Source of the DNA: Leptogorgia sarmentosa
Taxonomy: Eukaryota
Length of the DNA: 64,000 nt
Assembly (NCBI GenBank): GCA_964658305.1
Contig: OZ210885.1
Location: forward strand, 21,142,001-21,206,000
Reading direction: 5' to 3'
Part shown: piece after piece, positions 50,301 through 62,900 of the stretch
Position numbering within the stretch: the first letter of the stretch is position 1
Layout: each line of letters begins with the position of its first letter
Notes under the pieces: generated by a model
Database searches by the model: none
The model's input: the letters and a program-made list of their open reading frames with translations, nothing else
What the model was told of the DNA's origin: nothing
Program-made: the position numbers and the translations under genes

Positions 50301-51430
50301 ACCAAATTATATTATACTTTGTACAATTGTATTAGTATTAAACGAAATGGTTAGATATAAAAACTAATGTAAGATTTGATTCATTCATACAGCGCAAGTA
50401 ACCCATAATTCGCCATCTGACACGCAGCCTCCAGAAGACTTCGTAAAAAGTAAGTAATCTTAAATGGCACAAGCATGCATATGAAGTCAGGTGGGGTTTT
50501 TTTTTCAATATGTGCGAGCACAGTGATTCCATTCACATGCAATATTAATTTTAACAGTGTTCGAATTGTTCAAAACCTGGATGGCAGAACAGAACGATCG
50601 CAAAGGTATATTGAATCACATAAATACATGTAATTTTCTGCCAGCAAATTTATTCAACTGCACAGAAAAAATAGTATTGAATAAAAAATATTCTTGTTGC
50701 GGCATTGTTTGGTATGAGATACATAATTAACATAATGGTCATTTGCCATATTGATATGACACAACGTATCAACATGTTTCAAAGGCATTTCCTTATACGA
50801 GCAAGCGATAAACTCCATTGCTACTGACAAGCATCCTGTGCGGAAATGCCAATTTAGAAATGAAACCTACCGAAAAATAAAACTGTAGCCATGTATAACA
50901 CAGCTCATTTCTTCGACTTAGAAAAAGACGCCTTCGACGAAAACCAGGCCGGCCAGACATTTACTGACGGTAATGTTAGCATAACTGTAAATAAAACTAT
51001 ACGATTAACTACCTGAAAGATTATATACATCCTTCAAACAAAGGATTTGAAATATCAGTATGATTGCACCAACTAATTGACACCTTGCAGCTCGAATATT
51101 AATGCTGTAATTACTATTTTTTTACAATCCTTTTAGAACGAATATGCCATCATTCCAAAAAGAAGGGCCACATAAAAAGAGCTTGTCCGCTTTTCAAATA
51201 TGACCGCAAAAGAAAAAGAGGGTCACATGGAGGGAGAGGTCGTGGAGAAAAAACAATTAACCAGTATTTTTAAAATAGATAAAAAATATATATATATTTA
51301 TAATAAAAAGAAATATAGTTCTTACTTCAATAATGGTGGTAAGGGGGGCGGGGGGGCATAAATCACATTTCACAGAGAAAAAAAAGCCATTTTACGATAC
51401 ATGTGCATTAATATTCATGATATAATAATA

Positions 51431-52631
51431 TGAATAACATATGTGAAAATAAAAAATTTCTATAGAATAGGTAATGAAAAAAAGGACTTGAAGTTCACAT
51501 GCATTTCCATTTGAGTTGCAGACTAATTCTCATATCAGACTTTAAAATGGCAAAAACACGGCAGTGTATAAAAATATTAAAGGCAAGCAATACATTGTTG
51601 GAATTATCATTGTAATATCATTGTTGTCAATTTCCTGGACGCTGATTGGTTAAAAAGCTTTAACAACTTTTGCACAGTGTGCAAATTAAACTTAATTGCA
51701 CGGTTTCGAGCCCGCGATACATTATAAAAACAAATAAATAAACGCTTAATCAACGCCAAAATTCTTGGTTTATTTGTCATTTATTGTCAATTTTGGACAA
51801 AAAAGGTTAGTGGACGTGTACTACTATGATATTAATACGAAATTACACTTATTCTCGAAGTATTAATGAAAAATTGCACTTGTGTTTGGCGAAATACCGC
51901 TCGTGCTTCTCACTCGCGGTATTTCGCCAAACACGCGTGCAATTTTTCATTAATACTTCTCGAACCGTGTAATTTCCTATACAAATACGTAAAATACAAT
52001 GCAAGATGAAAAAACTATGGCTAGAATGAGGCGAGAAAATGACTTGAAATTTAACATGCACATTCCTCAGAAACGCATCATATTACATCAATGTTCAAAG
52101 TAAAAAAACGCATTGATATGATTCGGTCCCCAGGCCAAGCTATACATCGTATGATATATCAGTGTTTTCTGAATAACATATGTGAAAATAAAAAATTTCT
52201 ATAGAAGAGGTAATGAAGAAAAAGGACTTGACTAATTCTCATATCAAACCTTTACTTTAAAATGGCAAAAACACGGCCGTGTATAAAAATATTAAAGGCA
52301 AGCAATACATTGTTGGGATTGTCAATGAAATGTTTTTAAGTATAGTTTGATGTGAAAATTGTATGTCTAGTATTCGAAAAATTCAAAGATAAATGAGTTT
52401 CATTAATTTGTTTCTCAGGTTGAAACAAGGACTTTTGTAACTTATTAAAGTTCTTCAGTATAAAGAATTAGTTTCTGTTTGAATGTAATTATAATATATG
52501 GAGATCTATTATTAGATGTTATATGTAGTGTGCCACAGGCCAGCCATCCCCTCCTTTTGACAATTCTAATTATTAAGGTTCTTTACATGATATAGCTTTT
52601 GCTCATCTGTGTGCACATTCTCTTATATATA
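51431..52631 (-). repeat. Right modular TIR of the giant element, interrupted at 51613-51982
   Basis: Reverse complement of 16496-~17328 with scattered substitutions and indels. Confidence 0.88.
51613..51982. mobile_element. 370-bp insertion ending in a long palindrome (possibly a non-autonomous Crypton-like element)
   Basis: Absent from the left TIR. Hairpin GAAGTATTAATGAAAAATTGCAC..TTTGGCGAAATACCGC / GCGGTATTTCGCCAAA..GTGCAATTTTTCATTAATACTTC. No TIRs. Confidence 0.55.
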
Positions 52632-54834
52632 TGTATATATATGGTGATTAAAAGTATAAATTTGGACACTTAGAACATGAAGAATTTGTTAAATCTGCTC
52701 AAGAAATAGTACACTTTAACTGTTAAAACTTTTAAATGATGGTAAATAGTAAGCGCGCAACATGTGGTCTTTATCAGCAGATTTAATCTGCTTACGAATG
52801 TGTGACGAATGTTGTGATGAATGTTGTGATAACTTCACAGTGGTAAGGAAATTTTCAGCGAAGGTTGAACGCGATATGTTCTGTTTGTGTGCCAAATATG
52901 AACACACCATGTATAAGCTATTGTTCAAAAATTTACATAGATTTTGAAGTCTTTCTTATATAGTATGGACGCCATCTTGGATTTTGATGAGATTTCTCGT
53001 GCTCCATTCTTCCCGCATTCGCATGTGAAGTAATACCCAAAGACAATATACATTTGATTGGCGTTGTATGTATATCTCACATAGTTTTGGCTTGGCAATG
53101 TTGGTCCTCAACCAGCAAAATACAATAAACAATGTATGACATTTATTGCCTTTTTTCTGCATTATAAACAAAACTGACTTAAAATTAATAGTAAAAATTC
53201 ATAAAAAGCCGTTTATGATGTCCAATTTTTTCAAATATGAATCAACCGGGCAAGAGAAAGATAAAAAAATTGCAATGAGCCTTGAAAAGCTCTTAAAAAG
53301 ATTTTTTTGGACAATATTGTCATGTATATGGCTTGGCATACAAGGGATTTTGACTAAAACTCAGTTAACATTAAGATTAAAAATTTACAAAAAGGCATTT
53401 GTCATGTTCAATCTTTTGAAGAGCAAGATAAAAAATCTACAGCCGGCCTTCAAAACGTATTAAAATATTTTGTTGGACAATATACTGTTTCTGAGTGATC
53501 TATTCAGAGGATTGTGAAGTATTTTCTACATTATTCGACAATAATATTTGGTATTTAGCTTATCCTTGTTTCAACATTCACTATGTTATTAAGTCTTTAT
53601 TTTACAGTGTGGAAATGTCCTGAAATGCAGTAGATTTTTGTGTCCTAAAATTTCATATTTTTTACTATGTGAAAATTTAGGACGCCATTTTGTTTCTTCG
53701 GTTTCTTGTTCGAAATTGTTTACAGCTGTGTAAGGACGTGAAATAGTGCTCTCTGTACAATCGCAATTTTTGGTGATTCTAAACGGTTGGGAGTACTTAG
53801 AAGTAAGCAGGTATACTTCATATCGGCTCCTAGGTCTATTCAATTGAGTTTATACATCACAAACACATTGAATTCCTGTGTTATTTATCGAAGCAATTCT
53901 CAATAATATTGCCGAACGTGTCGAATTTTATCACGCTAAAGTTCACTGTTATTACAGGCGTTTCTTCGCATTTTTATTAAAATTGATATAGCTTTTTTGG
54001 TACACTTCAAACACTGTTGTTTCTTCAAAGACTTCTAAACGAGTAGCGTCTAATATTCGCGAGGCAGCCGAAGTGTTTCGGACGCCATTTTGTTCCTTCG
54101 GCCTTCTTGTCCGAAATTGTTCACCACTGTAAAAACATGTGAATTGTGTTTAGTTAATAATCGCAAGATTTGGACATCTTCTTCACAGTACTTCAAAGTA
54201 AGCAAATATATTTGATATTTGCTCCTAGCTGTATTCAATTGAGTTTATACATCACATCACATTGTTTTTCTTGTAATATTGACGAAGGTTCCAAATCTTA
54301 TCGTGCGAAGGTTCAGGGTTATTGCACGAATTTGTTCGCTGTTTATACGTCCAACTAGGAAATATTAAAGTTGATATTCCAATTTAGGCTTTTTCTAAGC
54401 TGCAAACACTGTTGTTTCTTCAAACACTTATCCACTTAAATACGCTCTAATATTTGCCAAGCGGCTCTAGTTTATGGGCGAAAAGCTTAGTGTTATTTGT
54501 ATACTTTAAAGGGGATCTATCAGTTGTAACACATACACAATAAATTCATTAGTTTCTCTGCAATTTTAGGGCGTATCTTTTGCAGATCGGATCAACAGAA
54601 GTCAAGTCAAGGTTACCTATTTTATTGCAATATTAATTACTTATAACTCAAAAACCATACGCGGTAGTACCCCCAATGGAGTTTCATTGCATCCAGCGAT
54701 GTTAAATTTTGGTATATTCGACAGGCATTTTCATCCAAAATTGACTTCGAAACCATGCGCAGATGGCTCCTCCACAATCTGCTCCGGTCCAGTAATGCTT
54801 CAGTAATGGTTTGACTATTTTTATTCGTGTTTCT

Positions 54835-55560
54835 TTAGTATGGTTTTCCAAGATGGTTAACATTGGGCTTTCGTGCTTTGTGCGTATTAATATCTGTTCG
54901 TATCTGTTTATTCAGCCGTTTGGGGGTATCTTTAGCCGTGAGATCTATTTCTACTCTCCCTGATGTGTTGTTGTTTGGTGTCTGTTTATGGAACCGTGTG
55001 AAATAGCCGCTCTGCTTTTCTTTATACTCTTGTAATTGTACTGCAAAAAGATTTGCATTATTATTGTTTGCTTGTTTGCCCTCTTTTATACTGTGGGTGA
55101 TAATACAAGAGTGGTCCAGTAAATCGTTTTCTCCTTTTTCACGTTCTTTGGGCGTTTCTTCAACCGTGAAATTTCCTTTAGTAACGACATTGTCAGCATT
55201 GTTTCGTTTATAGCCTTGCTCAGAAAACAGCTTTTTAAAGGAGGCCAATTCAATTTCAAGTTGGCTTGTTTTGCTTTTTTCTTCCAAGATCTCTCGCTCA
55301 AGCTGATCAATTTTCTTCAGGTATAAATCTGCGGGATGTACCTCGCTGGCGTTTGCTAAGCTTTGCAGAGCGCCAACCCTTGATTGCAACATTTCCATGT
55401 TCAATCTCATATCTTCAATGACCTCTAGCACACTGCCACATGCACAGCCATGAGTGGTTTGAACTGCGGACGGCACTGCTTGGTCATTTCTTAAGTTGAT
55501 TATAGTGCTGTGCAAAGCTTCGTTTTCCTCGGTATTTGTTTCACTGTTCATGAGATGTTG
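54835..55560 (-). pseudogene. Coiled-coil ORF fragment, possibly LINE ORF1-like
   Basis: About 240 open codons with a heptad-like stretch (LKKIDQLEREILEEKSKTSQLEIELASFK). No diagnostic catalytic motif. Confidence 0.3.
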
Positions 55561-55565
55561 TAAAT

Positions 55566-56356
55566 AGTGATGGGCCATATAAAGTTGATGATGGAATAAA
55601 GCTGACCAGTCAAACTTATTGTCAATTTTTAGACAAAACATTCTTTAAGTGGTATAAGTCACAAAGTCGTTCTTTCAAGTTAAAGTGTGTATTTATGCAT
55701 GATAATGCTCCATCACATGCTGCTAATGCCACTCGCCAATTTTTGGAGCGAAAAGGAATTTCTGGTAGAAAATTGATGATGTGGCCTCCTGCCAGCCCTG
55801 ACCTTAACCCGATCGAGAATCTCTGGTCAATAGTGAAGAAGAAGATTTATGTTGGTGGTAAGCAGTATGACAATAAAAAGGACCTTTGGGATGCTATTCA
55901 CACAGCATGTAAAAACATAAACTCCAACGAAATAGAGAGTCTCACAAATTCTGTGGACAAACGCGTGATATTAGTGATCGAGAGGAAGGGAGGGCATGTC
56001 GGAATGTAAACATGTAATGATACTGGTGTGTTAGTATTGATTATGCATACATAATCTGTTTTTGTCAATTGTATTTGAATTAAATATTTTTGTTGTGTAT
56101 ACTATATTACTGTATTGGGTAGTTTTGCCCCAATTGTTGTGAGTATGAACTCCTATCATGAGTCTACATAATAAATTCAGACACCATATTTGGACTTCCT
56201 TAGGATAAATTGTTAATCCATGAAGCATGGTAAAATCAAATCTTTTTGTTTTGACATGCCATCAATTCATCCATGCAGCAGTTTAAAAGAAATTTATATG
56301 CAAAAACTGGACTAAACTGAATAAAAGTGATTTGCATAATAACTTCAGACACACTG
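55566..56356 (+). mobile_element. 3' fragment of a DD37E (TRT-type) Tc1-like transposon
   Basis: GPYKVDDGIKL..WYKSQSRSFK..FMHDNAPSH...SPDLNPIENLW, with 37 residues between D and E and a stop at 56009. The TIR ends TTTGCATAATAACTTCAGACACACTG|TA. Confidence 0.85.
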
Positions 56357-56358
56357 TA

Positions 56359-59113
56359 TTTAGCCAAATAAGTGACTACGGAACAAATTTCGAGTTACTG
56401 CAATTTCATTATGACTTATGGCTGTTCAAGACTGTCTCTGGCGCAATTACCACAGCAGAATTTTGGAAATGGCAGCATCACTACCTCATTGATGCAGTTA
56501 GACAATTTGGTTTCCCAACCCTCTTTATAACCATTTCACCCAGCGAGTGGTCATTTCCTCTCCCCCCTTGGCTTAGACAATTGCAACAACTAACCGGCTT
56601 GGGGGAAACTGAACTAGCTGCCTATGAAACCCTTCACTTTGTTAATACTATGGAGCAGTTGGTCAGAGGATATCTCTGTGGCTCAAATGACAGAGCTTGG
56701 AAAAGCCATCTATTTTCATACAGGCACAAATCATCAGTAAATAATGTGGATAATTACTTTTACCATTTCAAATTTCAAAGCAGGGGAACAGTTCACATAC
56801 GCATCTTAGTTTGGCTAAAAACTTTAGAACAAATAGATGTTAAGCATATTCGAGGTGATATCCCCTGGGCAGACGTACACTCGGCATATTGTGTGTATAA
56901 TCTGCAAAGCTCTGACCATGGATCATTAAGTATCAATGATCATGACACTAAGATCGAAACTGACAATAAGGGGGAATCGCTAAAAATTTGCCATCCTGCT
57001 GAGGCGTTTGCACACAACATTAGAGGCTACATATCCACATTATTGCCTGCATTAGAGTGCCACGTGGATGTGCAGTGTTCTGATGGACATGGTCTTTTGC
57101 TCAAATACGTAAGTTCATATGTTACTAAGGCACATGATGTATACAAGTCAGATTCCTTATACACACTACATGTAACACCATACGAAGCCGCTTTCCGTCA
57201 TTTGAGAGAAATGGCCCCACTGGAGCAGGAAATGTGGCTTTCCATGTCTTCCAAGAAAATTGCATGGACCACACATCAAGTGAAACGCTTTGCTGTCCCT
57301 TTGCCAGATACTCTCGCTAATAACAAAGTAATCCAACTGTATTGGTCAAGACCTAAACGTCTCGAGAATCTGACACTCTTAGCGTGGTTAAGAGAAGTTA
57401 ATGCCTCCCAAACGCCACCTTCACCTTACAAGAAACGGCACACACTCGTGGGTACCAAAATGACTACTGTCTTCAAAGATGAATAATTTTTCCAGGATAT
57501 GTTATTGAATATCCCTCATAGAAACACAAACAAATTTCGTATTTGCGGTTTTGAAGCCACACCAGACGTTATAAAATACTTTGCATGTGCATTGCATCAC
57601 CGTGCATCATTGTGGACCAGCGAACGTTGCATGAAATCCCATTTCGAACTTGAAGGCCATCGCTCCTGGTATGTTACAAATTTACTTCTACACATACAGT
57701 CATTGAAAGTTCTGTATACATTGTGGAAAAAACATGTGATATCATTTGGGGAATTAACAACTCCAACCTTTTTGGACAATCCACTAGATGCAAAACAACG
57801 CTTAGTTTTATCACTCTTTGAGGCTATGCTCCGCAAAAGAAAAGAGCATTACGACTCAATTGACTGTGCATTAGATGGGTTAAGTGATGACAGTGATAGC
57901 GAAGCAGAGCAACACTCAGACAAAGAGCAAATATACAACCCTGTCTCACCCTGTTCAGACAGTCAACCTTCTGAACAAGAGCCTGAAACTATTGTAGATT
58001 GGCGAAAGTTTCTGTTAGTTGTTGGTAGGGCAGGTAGTGGTAAATCCTATGCATTCACACATGTGTACCCACCAATCGCAGAGTTTTTGTAGCAACGCCA
58101 ACCAGATTTTTAGCTACTCAGTATAACGACCGGTTTGCAAACGAAATTGATACAGACACTGTTCATTCAGCTTTTCACTATCCAGTTTCCCCAACAGAAC
58201 GACCATCGTACAATTGGAATCTTTCCAATGACGAACTCTCTATGGTTCCAGTTAAAATTTTTGAACATATTCTTTCAACTATTTCTGAACTGCCTATTCG
58301 TCCAATTGTATTGTTGGCAGGCGATGATCGCCAGCTGCCACCTCTCGAGAAAATAAATGGAAAAATTACCACTACTGTCAGTGCCATGACAACTAAAGAA
58401 CTACAAAATATAACAATAAAGGTCTTGCTCACTCACCAATACAGGAACGAAGACGAAAAGTACGGCGATTTTTTAGACCACATAAGATATTGGCGGCCGT
58501 CCCAAACTTTGCTCAACAAAATACAGAATGGCAAAACACTTTATCCCAACTCCCCCAACGATGAAGAACTTCTCGCCGCATTGACCAATTACCCAAATAG
58601 CACTGTTATTACTGTATCTCACAATGCTGCCAATCGCATTAACAAAGTTGTGCTAGACAGCATTCTAGAGAAATCCATGTTTTTAGGCTTTGTTGATTCC
58701 AAATGTGATTTAGGCAGAATACCAATTTACAAAGGCATGAAAAGGTGATGATCACTCAGAACAGGAACAAACAGCTTTCTGTCGTCAATGGCCGACAAGC
58801 ACATGTTGTTCAAATGGAAGGCAATACTGTTCTCCTTAAATTAGCGAATAACAATATAGTACAATTGTACCCTGTTTCTTTTCCTAATGATGTCGGCACT
58901 ATCAAAACAGTTGTGCCCCTTATGCCCGCATATGCCATAACTATTCCTAAAGCTCAAAGGCAAACGCTAAAACAGTCCATTGTTTGGCTTGACTGCCCTG
59001 TACTTCCACCAGGTGGCGCATATCTTGCGCTTTCACGTTGTAAAAAACTAGATAACATTCGATTTATGACACCCATAATGTCTTCACAAGTTACACCTGT
59101 TTCGCTTTCGTAA
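56359..59113 (+). pseudogene. Helitron-like HUH Rep + PIF1 (SF1B) helicase, 5'-truncated, with stops and frameshifts
   Basis: Rep motifs FGFPTLFITISP, FKFQSRGTVHIRILVW (degenerate HUH) and YVSSYVTK. Helicase motifs GRAGSGKS, DELSMV, GDDRQLPP, HQYR, VVNG, AYAITIPKAQ..TL and YLALSR. Confidence 0.85.
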
Positions 59114-59347
59114 TCAATTAATCTTGGATAACGACACCAAATCCTTTACGCAAATCACACTATGGTTACTCCCACGTCTTCACATAACCAAACTATAGCT
59201 AAACTTAGTATTCGCAAAGTTATCATTAACTATTGTCAAATTTACTTATCCAGCAAACTTGCTGCAACAAGCATACAAATGATATTGCATTTCAAAATTT
59301 GTTATAGCTGCACTACCAATTCATCTGTTTCTCCTCTCTTTTTCCAG

Positions 59348-59985
59348 ATGAGTCAGTTTACACCAACAAAATCCCCTGGTAAAACCCAGGCTGTCAAATG
59401 GTGGCAGCAGTGTGTGTAACTTCATAACATCTTATGGGGAAGCAAAGGAGGCGCCAGAACCAGCCAAGATATTCAACCGGCTTCAGCCATTTACATGTGA
59501 ATGGCTTACCCGGCCTGATGTGGCAATTTCAAAGTATGCTGACACAATGGTGTCCAACATTCGCATCGTGGAGGAAAAAGGTAAAAAAATGGCCTTCATA
59601 AGCACAAAGCTAAAGCAACATTTTGAGCCCATTTGGGAAAATCTGGAAGCCCTCAATAACAAAACGAACCACTCAGGTGGATCGGCAGCAGACGTTAAAG
59701 AAGTGATGAAGAGTATGGTCGATAATGACGAACTGGATAATATCATGGAAGAGATGTTTCAGCTGCCTGGGGCAATGTTTGCTATATCCACAAATTACCT
59801 ATCTCGACAAGCCTGCTTCGCCATCCGAAGCATTTTGCCAAAATTATCGACGGCAAGACAAAAAAGCAGCACAGTGCTTCAAAAGTGCTGCAACACCCAA
59901 AAAAGCGATATGTACTGGACGCGTTTGATCAAGAGGAATCGACCATGCCCGCAATGTCAAGAAAGGCCTCGGACAGTGTAAAATC
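59348..59985 (+). pseudogene. Uncharacterised accessory ORF downstream of RepHel, truncated by the next insertion
   Basis: Polypyrimidine-CAG|ATG at 59348. MSQFTPTKSPGK..VKWWQ, then a frameshift into ORF 59412-59981 (NFITSYG..CEWLTRPDVAIS..). Confidence 0.45.
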
Positions 59986-62900
59986 CACGGTGGCCGGTTG
60001 CTATGCAATATGTTCCCGGTAAGGTTTCAGTTACGCAACTTGTACTTAGTTTCCTGCGGAGCGTATATGGCGCGGTTGCAGCTAACCAATATAACGCGGC
60101 CTATATTTTTACTATTTTTTTATCAATCGTAGAAGTTGCGACACAAATAAAAAGTTGTGTCTCAAGGATACAAATCAAAAATCACATCTCAAGGATACAA
60201 ATAAAAAACCTCTATAACAATTATCAAAATGGAAAAATATGCGTCGCAACTGACCTAGTTTATCTTGCCATTTCCCGGTTTACACGGCCACATGTAGTAC
60301 ATAAAACTACTTTTGAGGGGTCCCTAAGTAAGATATTGTGTATATCAACAAATCCCCCTTGCAAACCCCCCCCCCCCTTAACTTTTACCTCGTGTGAGAA
60401 ATTGACAAGAAAGTTGAGATTTTGTCTATTTCTGTAATATAATCGTTTAAAAGACACTGTTAAACCGCGTTACAAAAAAAATCTCAAGGGGAGAATTGAG
60501 ATTTATCATTTATTTAAGTATATGGATGGCCAGTGGATCGCAAGGAAGGTAAGAAAGTGCGATGTAAATAGCAAATAACTTTGCATATTTTGCGCCTTTG
60601 TATTCCGCCATATTGATTGCTCGACCCCTGTGGTTCGTTCTATTTTAGCTTGCCTTTACAATGTATAAAAAGCCGAAAATGCAGCAAGGTTAGATACCAC
60701 GTCGGAAAGTGTAATTCGCAAAAGCAATTCAATCGTTTTTGGGAGGAATCGGCTTTCTATAAACTAAATAATAGCCAGGGAGAAGTGTCGAGGAATGCTA
60801 ATGATGTCGCCATAAGGCAAGCTGAGATTTCTCATGCTGAGCAAGAAATCCAAGTAAAGCGTCAGGAAATCGCCGAAGATATTGCCTCTGTCACTGACCA
60901 AGTAGCAACTGCAAGTATGTCTCATTTACTATGAAGTACAAATATATAGAGTAAACAATATTTTTATACCATAAGGGAAATATAAAGGGACCTCTGAATA
61001 GTAAATGCCTAAATATATAACAAAATAATGGATTGGCCAATTATTTTTTTTGACAGAAAATGAATTGAATACTTCAATTGAAGAGAAAGAGGCCAATCAA
61101 AGAGAATTAGCAGAGCAACAAAAAAAGCTGGATGAAATTACCAGCCAATATGAAAAGCTAAAAACTCTCTTGGACCAGAAAGGTTATTCTCGAACTAGAA
61201 GAGAAAACACTAGAACAACGCTTGAACATATTACAAGCCGGACCTCAAGCCTTCGCTTTAGAAGACGTAAAGAGACCAAGAATGTTTTGGAGTACATCCA
61301 TGGGGGAGAAGAAGGGTCATTGATTGGTGCTTGGGATTACCTAGCCGCAAATGCCCCAAAAGAATTGATGGACGACCTTATTGGCAAGTACAAAAGAGGG
61401 AAATATTTAGAAGGTATAGCCACTGAAGTCATGAAAGGTTTAAGCCAGTCAGAAAGTTCCAAGCTATTTCATTTAAGTATGCAAATTTTTTGTCCCGCAG
61501 GAAGTATAACTTGCTTTGTAAAACACAGTCTACTGTGTTTGATGCAAATGATGAAGTATGGGTCCCTCGTAATGTTAAGTGTTTGGGTCTTGACATGCAA
61601 GTCAAATGGCAATACTAACCATTTCATTTTCCAGTTCTCCGATGATGGTGCCCCTGAGACCAGTCAGGTCACAATGTCAGTAGGTAGTTTGACATTCTGG
61701 AATTTAGGAGAGAGGGTCAGGAGTCGAGAATTCCAATATCTTTTGCATTGCGTCAGCCTTGGTGAGAAGCATGAGGTTCTTGGGTCTCTTTGGCAACCGC
61801 ATGCTGATGAAATGCTGTTGCTTGAATCAAATGTTTTTACTTTATGCCATAGGGAATGCACTTTTGAATTCCAGCCTAGTGCAGATATGAGCTGGCAGAA
61901 TTGGGCCTGCAATGAGGTGAACAATGCAGCAACCTATCCTTCTCCATATGCTAATGTTCACAAGGGTAACATGTGTACCATGGGTGGCAGTATTGGTTTA
62001 CTACCCTCCCAAAACAACTAAGTAGTAAGGCTATGCATGCTAAGAAACTTTCCTTTATGGCTGACAATGGCATTCGCCAACTGGGAAAGCCCCGAATTGG
62101 GGTTTTTTGCGGATCGGGTAAAACCAAATCCACTCCATTGTGAAATCAATGCCTGGCAACATCTACTGGATCTAATTTATAGTGAGGCACTGAGGTGGGA
62201 TTGTTTTGACAAATTCATACAGATATTATCTGCACCTGTTGGTTTGGATGTCTCTGAAAGTAATGATACTGCTATTGGAGTATCAGAGTCTTCTGGAGTA
62301 CCTCTTTCAGAAAGTGCTGTATTAGGCTTACCCAGTGGGGATAAAGAAAATGTGTTGTCAGGTAGTCCCAGTAGTGATTTAGCTGATATTGCTAAGGTTT
62401 CGCCAGAAATTACCAGGCAATTTTCGGTGCTAGACTTGCAAAAGCAAACTGCTGCTGACAACATGAATGCCATGCTCAGAAATGCATCAAGTACTGCATT
62501 CAATAAACCTTGCACTAGTAATGCTTCAGTGTATGGATGTGGGCTAAGCTATTTAAGGTCAAAGCTGGAAGAGCATTACAGTGATGAAGGAAAACGCTTC
62601 AACAAGCTAAGTATCCGTCTCATTGGTGAGCAGGCAATAGTTCTTGCCCGGCATTGCTATCGACTAATTGACTGCTTAGCATCTGACAATGAGACAGAGG
62701 GAGAAAAGCTAAAGAGATTAGCCCTTTCTAAGATAGCAGAATTCTTAAGGAATGCTGGCACATTATTTAATAAAATCCATGTTCAGTGCCTTGGTGAGAT
62801 TGATCAACTAGAGGAATTCTGCCGACATTACTTCAATATGCTAGTCCTTTTCTTTCCTCAAAGCATTAATGTTACTGTTTGGACAGTTGCATATGCCATA

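Larger units (their letters stand above)
16496..52631 (-). mobile_element. Giant foldback/NOF-like Mutator element (36 kb with nested inserts, about 15 kb without them)
   Basis: Long TIRs: 16496-~17328 versus 51431-52631 (TATATAAGAGAATGTGCACACAG... / ...CTGTGTGCACATTCTCTTATATA). The arms are built from roughly 350-bp tandem modules and flank a NOF-type transposase gene. Both ends lie in TA runs and there is no distinct TSD, so linking the TIRs to the gene is inferred. Confidence 0.65.

Noticed and set aside
16496..52631. Polinton/Maverick or endogenous virus interpretation of the long-TIR element
   Set aside because: No pPolB, integrase of that type, packaging ATPase or capsid gene. The enclosed gene is Mutator/NOF-like.
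54507..54800. TTAAAGGGGATCTATC as a Kolobok-like end (similar isolated ends near 30306 and 31167)
   Set aside because: No partner terminus or TSD was found.
56332..56358. Start of ORF 56332-57486
   Set aside because: It derives from the DD37E element's TIR. The true RepHel 5' part is missing.
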